A stretch of 64,000 nt of DNA from Planctomycetota bacterium (lineage in GTDB: Bacteria; Planctomycetota; UBA11346): positions 1 through 64,000 of the forward strand of contig JBBRLJ010000026.1 of NCBI GenBank assembly GCA_038231435.1. Reading direction: 5' to 3'. Shown here one piece after another: positions 61,021 to 64,000 of this stretch (position 1 is the stretch's first letter; each line of letters starts with the position of its first letter). The notes under the pieces are model-generated. The model ran no database searches. It worked only from the letters and a program-made list of their open reading frames with translations, and was not told the DNA's origin. The position numbers and the translations under genes were made by a program.

Positions 61021-62072
61021 GGCCTCTCTCCTTCCGACAACTCGTCGGCAATGCGTCGTTGGGCGGCGACCGGCTCCGCGCCCGCGAGCGGGCCGAGCAG
61101 GGGATCGATGGCCGCCACTGCCGCCTGGTAACGTTGCTCGCGATCCCCGCGGATCACCACGTACCGCCTGCCGTGCGCCTCAAGCGCCCCGCGGCAGCGC
61201 TCCATGAACTCCTGGCGGCGGTGCGGCATGTCGCGCTGCCGGTCATCGACCCACGGCACGTCGATATCGCAGAGCAGGTAGAGATCGTGCGTCCGCTTGC
61301 GCGCGAGATCCACGAGCCAGGGCGGCGTACGCCCGAAGTAGACGTCGCTCCAGATGGTGGTGGTCAGGGTGTCGGTGTCGCAGATCAGCACCCGGTTCGC
61401 CTGACGCGCGAGCGCGTCTTCGCTCGCTGCCTGGCCGAGCCCGATGAGCTCGATGTCGCGCTCGACGCAGGCGCCGCCGTTCGGATCGAGGTGCCCACGC
61501 GCCCATTCCGGCACCCACACCGTGCGGAAGTGCGCGGCGAGTCGCGCGGCCAGGGTGGTCTTGCCGGTGGATTCGGGGCCGAAGCACACCACGCGCCGGC
61601 AGTACCACGGCCGCACCACGTCGGGGAGATGCGCCCAGTGGGCGTAGGGATCCGCGCGCATCGCCGTGCCCGACACCGGCACGCCGTGGCGCTGCGCATC
61701 GGCGACCACGTGCACGGCGCCGACGCGGCGCGCGAGCTCGGGGCCGTAGGCCTCGCTGGTGAACACCGCGTCGATCCCACCTGGCACCACGCGGCGGATG
61801 ACCTCGAGCCAGATCGCCCAGAACTCCGGATGCGCCTCGGGTGCATCGGGCAGGTCGTCGGGGATGTGCACCACGTCGCACCCCGGCAGCATCGCGCGCA
61901 TCCAGGCGTGGCGGCAGTGGCCGGGCAGCTCCTGGCCGGGCTTGCTGCACACCAGCACGCTCACGCGCCGGCAGCAGCCCGCGGCGAACTCGGCGAGATA
62001 GCGGTGCCCCTGGGTCGGGGGCATGAACTTGCCGAGGATCATGCCACGGCCGAAGAGCGGCGGGCTGGTCAC
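61017..62072 (-). CDS. nadR: NadR-type NMN adenylyltransferase / ribosylnicotinamide kinase without the N-terminal HTH
   Basis: GKFMPPTQGH, VFTSE.YG, VSGT.MR; Walker A GPESTGKTT, ICDTD, PWVDD. GTG start overlaps the pnuC stop. Confidence 0.88.
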   Translation of the reverse strand: MTSPPLFGRGMILGKFMPPTQGHRYLAEFAAGCCRRVSVLVCSKPGQELPGHCRHAWMRAMLPGCDVVHIPDDLPDAPEAHPEFWAIWLEVIRRVVPGGIDAVFTSEAYGPELARRVGAVHVVADAQRHGVPVSGTAMRADPYAHWAHLPDVVRPWYCRRVVCFGPESTGKTTLAARLAAHFRTVWVPEWARGHLDPNGGACVERDIELIGLGQAASEDALARQANRVLICDTDTLTTTIWSDVYFGRTPPWLVDLARKRTHDLYLLCDIDVPWVDDRQRDMPHRRQEFMERCRGALEAHGRRYVVIRGDREQRYQAAVAAIDPLLGPLAGAEPVAAQRRIADELSEGERP

Positions 62073-62755
62073 TGGCCCCCCGCTACCGGGGAGCCGACGG
62101 ATACTCGGGCAGATGCTGGAGCTGATGCGCGGCTCTGCCACGAGTCCCGCCAGGTCTTCCGCCATGCGACCAACCCATAGACGCACAACGCCAGGAACAC
62201 CGCGTACAGGCCAGCGGTCAGGTAGAAGCCCTTGCCCGCGAACAGCGGGATCGAGATGCAGTCGACCTGGATCCACACGTACCAGTTCTCGAGCTTCTTC
62301 TTCGAGATCATCCACTGCGCGATCAGGCTGAGCACCGTGGGGATGGCGTCGCACCAGGGCGTGGTGGAATCGGTCCAGCGCGCGAGGCCGAATGCGATCG
62401 GCACCACCGCCACTGCGGCGATCGCCGCCAGCACCGACCACGTCCGCATCGAGGTGCGGCTGATGACCACGCCCCTGTGCTGGTCACCGCCGCGCACCCA
62501 TTGCCACCAGCCATAGATCTGCAGCACCACGTACACCACCTGCAGCGCGGTCTCGGCGTAGAGCTTGCCGTGCCAGAACAGCGCGATGTACAGCGCGACG
62601 TTGACCAGCCCCGTGGGCCAGCTCCACACGTGCTCCTTCACGTAGAACCACACCGAGAGCAGGCCGAACACCGTCGCCGCCACCTCGAGCGGGCTCATCG
62701 GCACCGTCGCGGCGATGTTGGTCAGCATCCAAGCCGAGAATTCCGCGCCGGTCAT
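62069..62755 (-). CDS. pnuC: Nicotinamide riboside transporter
   Basis: WSWPTGLVNV, LQIYGWWQW, DAIPTVLSLIAQW..SKKKLENWYVWI.VD. Confidence 0.93.
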   Translation of the reverse strand: MTGAEFSAWMLTNIAATVPMSPLEVAATVFGLLSVWFYVKEHVWSWPTGLVNVALYIALFWHGKLYAETALQVVYVVLQIYGWWQWVRGGDQHRGVVISRTSMRTWSVLAAIAAVAVVPIAFGLARWTDSTTPWCDAIPTVLSLIAQWMISKKKLENWYVWIQVDCISIPLFAGKGFYLTAGLYAVFLALCVYGLVAWRKTWRDSWQSRASAPASARVSVGSPVAGGQ

Positions 62756-63387
62756 CGCGCCTGCTTCAGCGCATCGAGCACCTCGTCCGAGGTGGTGACC
62801 ACCCCGCCGGCGGCGCGGATCTCGGCGAACGCGCGCTCGCCGTCGCCCGCGACGATGTCCACGGCGCGGCAGCCGTCAGCGACCACCGCCACGCGCAGTC
62901 CGAGCGACAGCGCGTCGAGCGCGGTCGCCTTGACGCAGTAATCGGTGGCCAGGCCGACGATCAGCACCTCGTCCACGCCGTGCGCGCCCAGCCATTCGCC
63001 GAGCCCGGTCGAACGAAGCCGGCCGTTGTCGTTGAAGCCGCTGTAGCTGTCGATGGCCCGGTCGGTGCCCTTGTGGAAGACGCGGCCGATGCGGCGGCGG
63101 TCGAGCAGGGAATGGAACTCCGCCCCGGCCGTGCCCTGCACGCAGTGCGCCGGCCACAGCACCTGGGGCAGGCCGGCGAGCTCGCCAAGCTCGAATGCCG
63201 CCCGTCCCGGATGGTTGACGGCGAAGCTGCCGTGATCGAGCGGATGCCAGTCCTGGGTCGCGACCACCAGCTCGGAGAGTTTCATCAAGCGGTTGGCGAC
63301 CGGCACCACCGCGTCGCCATCGCGTACCGCGAGCGCGCCGCCGGGGCAGAAATCGTTCTGGATGTCGACGAGGATCAGCGCGCGCAT
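62752..63387 (-). CDS. pncA: Nicotinamidase/pyrazinamidase
   Basis: VDIQNDFCPGGAL, TQDWHP..H.SF, WPAHCVQGT, DSYSGF, GLATDYCVKAT. Confidence 0.95.
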   Translation of the reverse strand: MRALILVDIQNDFCPGGALAVRDGDAVVPVANRLMKLSELVVATQDWHPLDHGSFAVNHPGRAAFELGELAGLPQVLWPAHCVQGTAGAEFHSLLDRRRIGRVFHKGTDRAIDSYSGFNDNGRLRSTGLGEWLGAHGVDEVLIVGLATDYCVKATALDALSLGLRVAVVADGCRAVDIVAGDGERAFAEIRAAGGVVTTSDEVLDALKQAR

Positions 63388-63420
63388 GGGACACCTCTGG
63401 TCAAATCGGTGATGGCCGGA

Positions 63421-64000
63421 TCAGATCTCGAAATTGAAGCCCTGCCTGGCGAGACCGCGATACGCGCGTTCATCGAAGCGGTAGAGCCGGGCCGCGCGAT
63501 GCGCCACGTCCCGCTCGACTTCGTCGAGCTCCTGGAGGATGCCCAAAGTGAGCACCTTCTTGCGGAAATTGCGCTTATCGAGTTCGCGCTCGAGGATGGT
63601 CTCGTACATGCACTGCAGCTGGGTGAGGGTGAATTTCGGCGGCAGCAGCTCGAAGCCGATCGGCTGGTAGCGCACCTTGGCCTGCAGGCGCGCAAGCGCC
63701 GCCGCTACGATCGCGTCGTGGTCGAACGCCAGCGTCGGCAGATCGTCGACCGCGAACCACGCGGCGCTGCGCGCGTCGGTGGCGGCCTGCACGCGGTGGT
63801 CCAGCAGCTTGACCAAAGCGTAATAGGCCACGGTGACGACGCGCTCGCGCGGATCGCGGGCGACGGCGCCAAAGGTGTAGAGCTGCTCGAGATAGACACG
63901 CGCCAGTCCGGTCTCCTCGCGGAGCTCGCGCAGGGCCGCCTCCTCGAGCGTCTCATCGACGTGGACGAAGCCGCCCGGCAGCGCCCAGCCGCCACGGAAC
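63421..64000 (-). CDS. nrtR: NrtR-family Nudix-wHTH transcriptional regulator (5' end outside the window)
   Basis: [33 protein letters not shown]...[31 protein letters not shown]. Confidence 0.9.
   Translation of the reverse strand, partial: FRGGWALPGGFVHVDETLEEAALRELREETGLARVYLEQLYTFGAVARDPRERVVTVAYYALVKLLDHRVQAATDARSAAWFAVDDLPTLAFDHDAIVAAALARLQAKVRYQPIGFELLPPKFTLTQLQCMYETILERELDKRNFRKKVLTLGILQELDEVERDVAHRAARLYRFDERAYRGLARQGFNFEI

Overview
GC-rich bacterial window; the prepilin-like gene expansion, LacI/AraC-glycosidase pairing and Cys-Gly C-terminal sorting signal suggest a Planctomycetota/PVC organism (inference). Left part (1-42 kb) looks accessory: the end of an IS3 element abutting a decayed AAA-ATPase, a hemerythrin-GNAT-deacetylase cluster, a Zn alcohol dehydrogenase, an aeRF1-like (baeRF) protein, a Fur-boxed unit of two outer-membrane beta-barrels plus TonB, chrA, a four-gene phosphorelay that includes a His-less pseudokinase, two NlpC/P60 enzymes, a surface adhesin, a CheB-CheR-PAS-kinase fusion, several response regulators, and three orphan 3' fragments of signalling genes. 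Right part (42-64 kb): sthA, a 1017-aa unknown protein, a yaiI-family gene, an eight-gene translationally coupled (pseudo)pilin cassette in G-H-I-J-K-G-G-G order with greatly enlarged subunits and no assembly machinery in the window, divergent from a LacI regulator next to a GH29 fucosidase and AraC, then an NrtR-pncA-pnuC-nadR-Nudix NAD salvage operon. The best candidates for undescribed systems are the pilin cassette (47.5-56.5 kb) and the Fur-boxed porin / TonB-box mini-barrel / TonB unit (9.4-13.5 kb). All family calls come from motif recognition by eye; no database searches were run.
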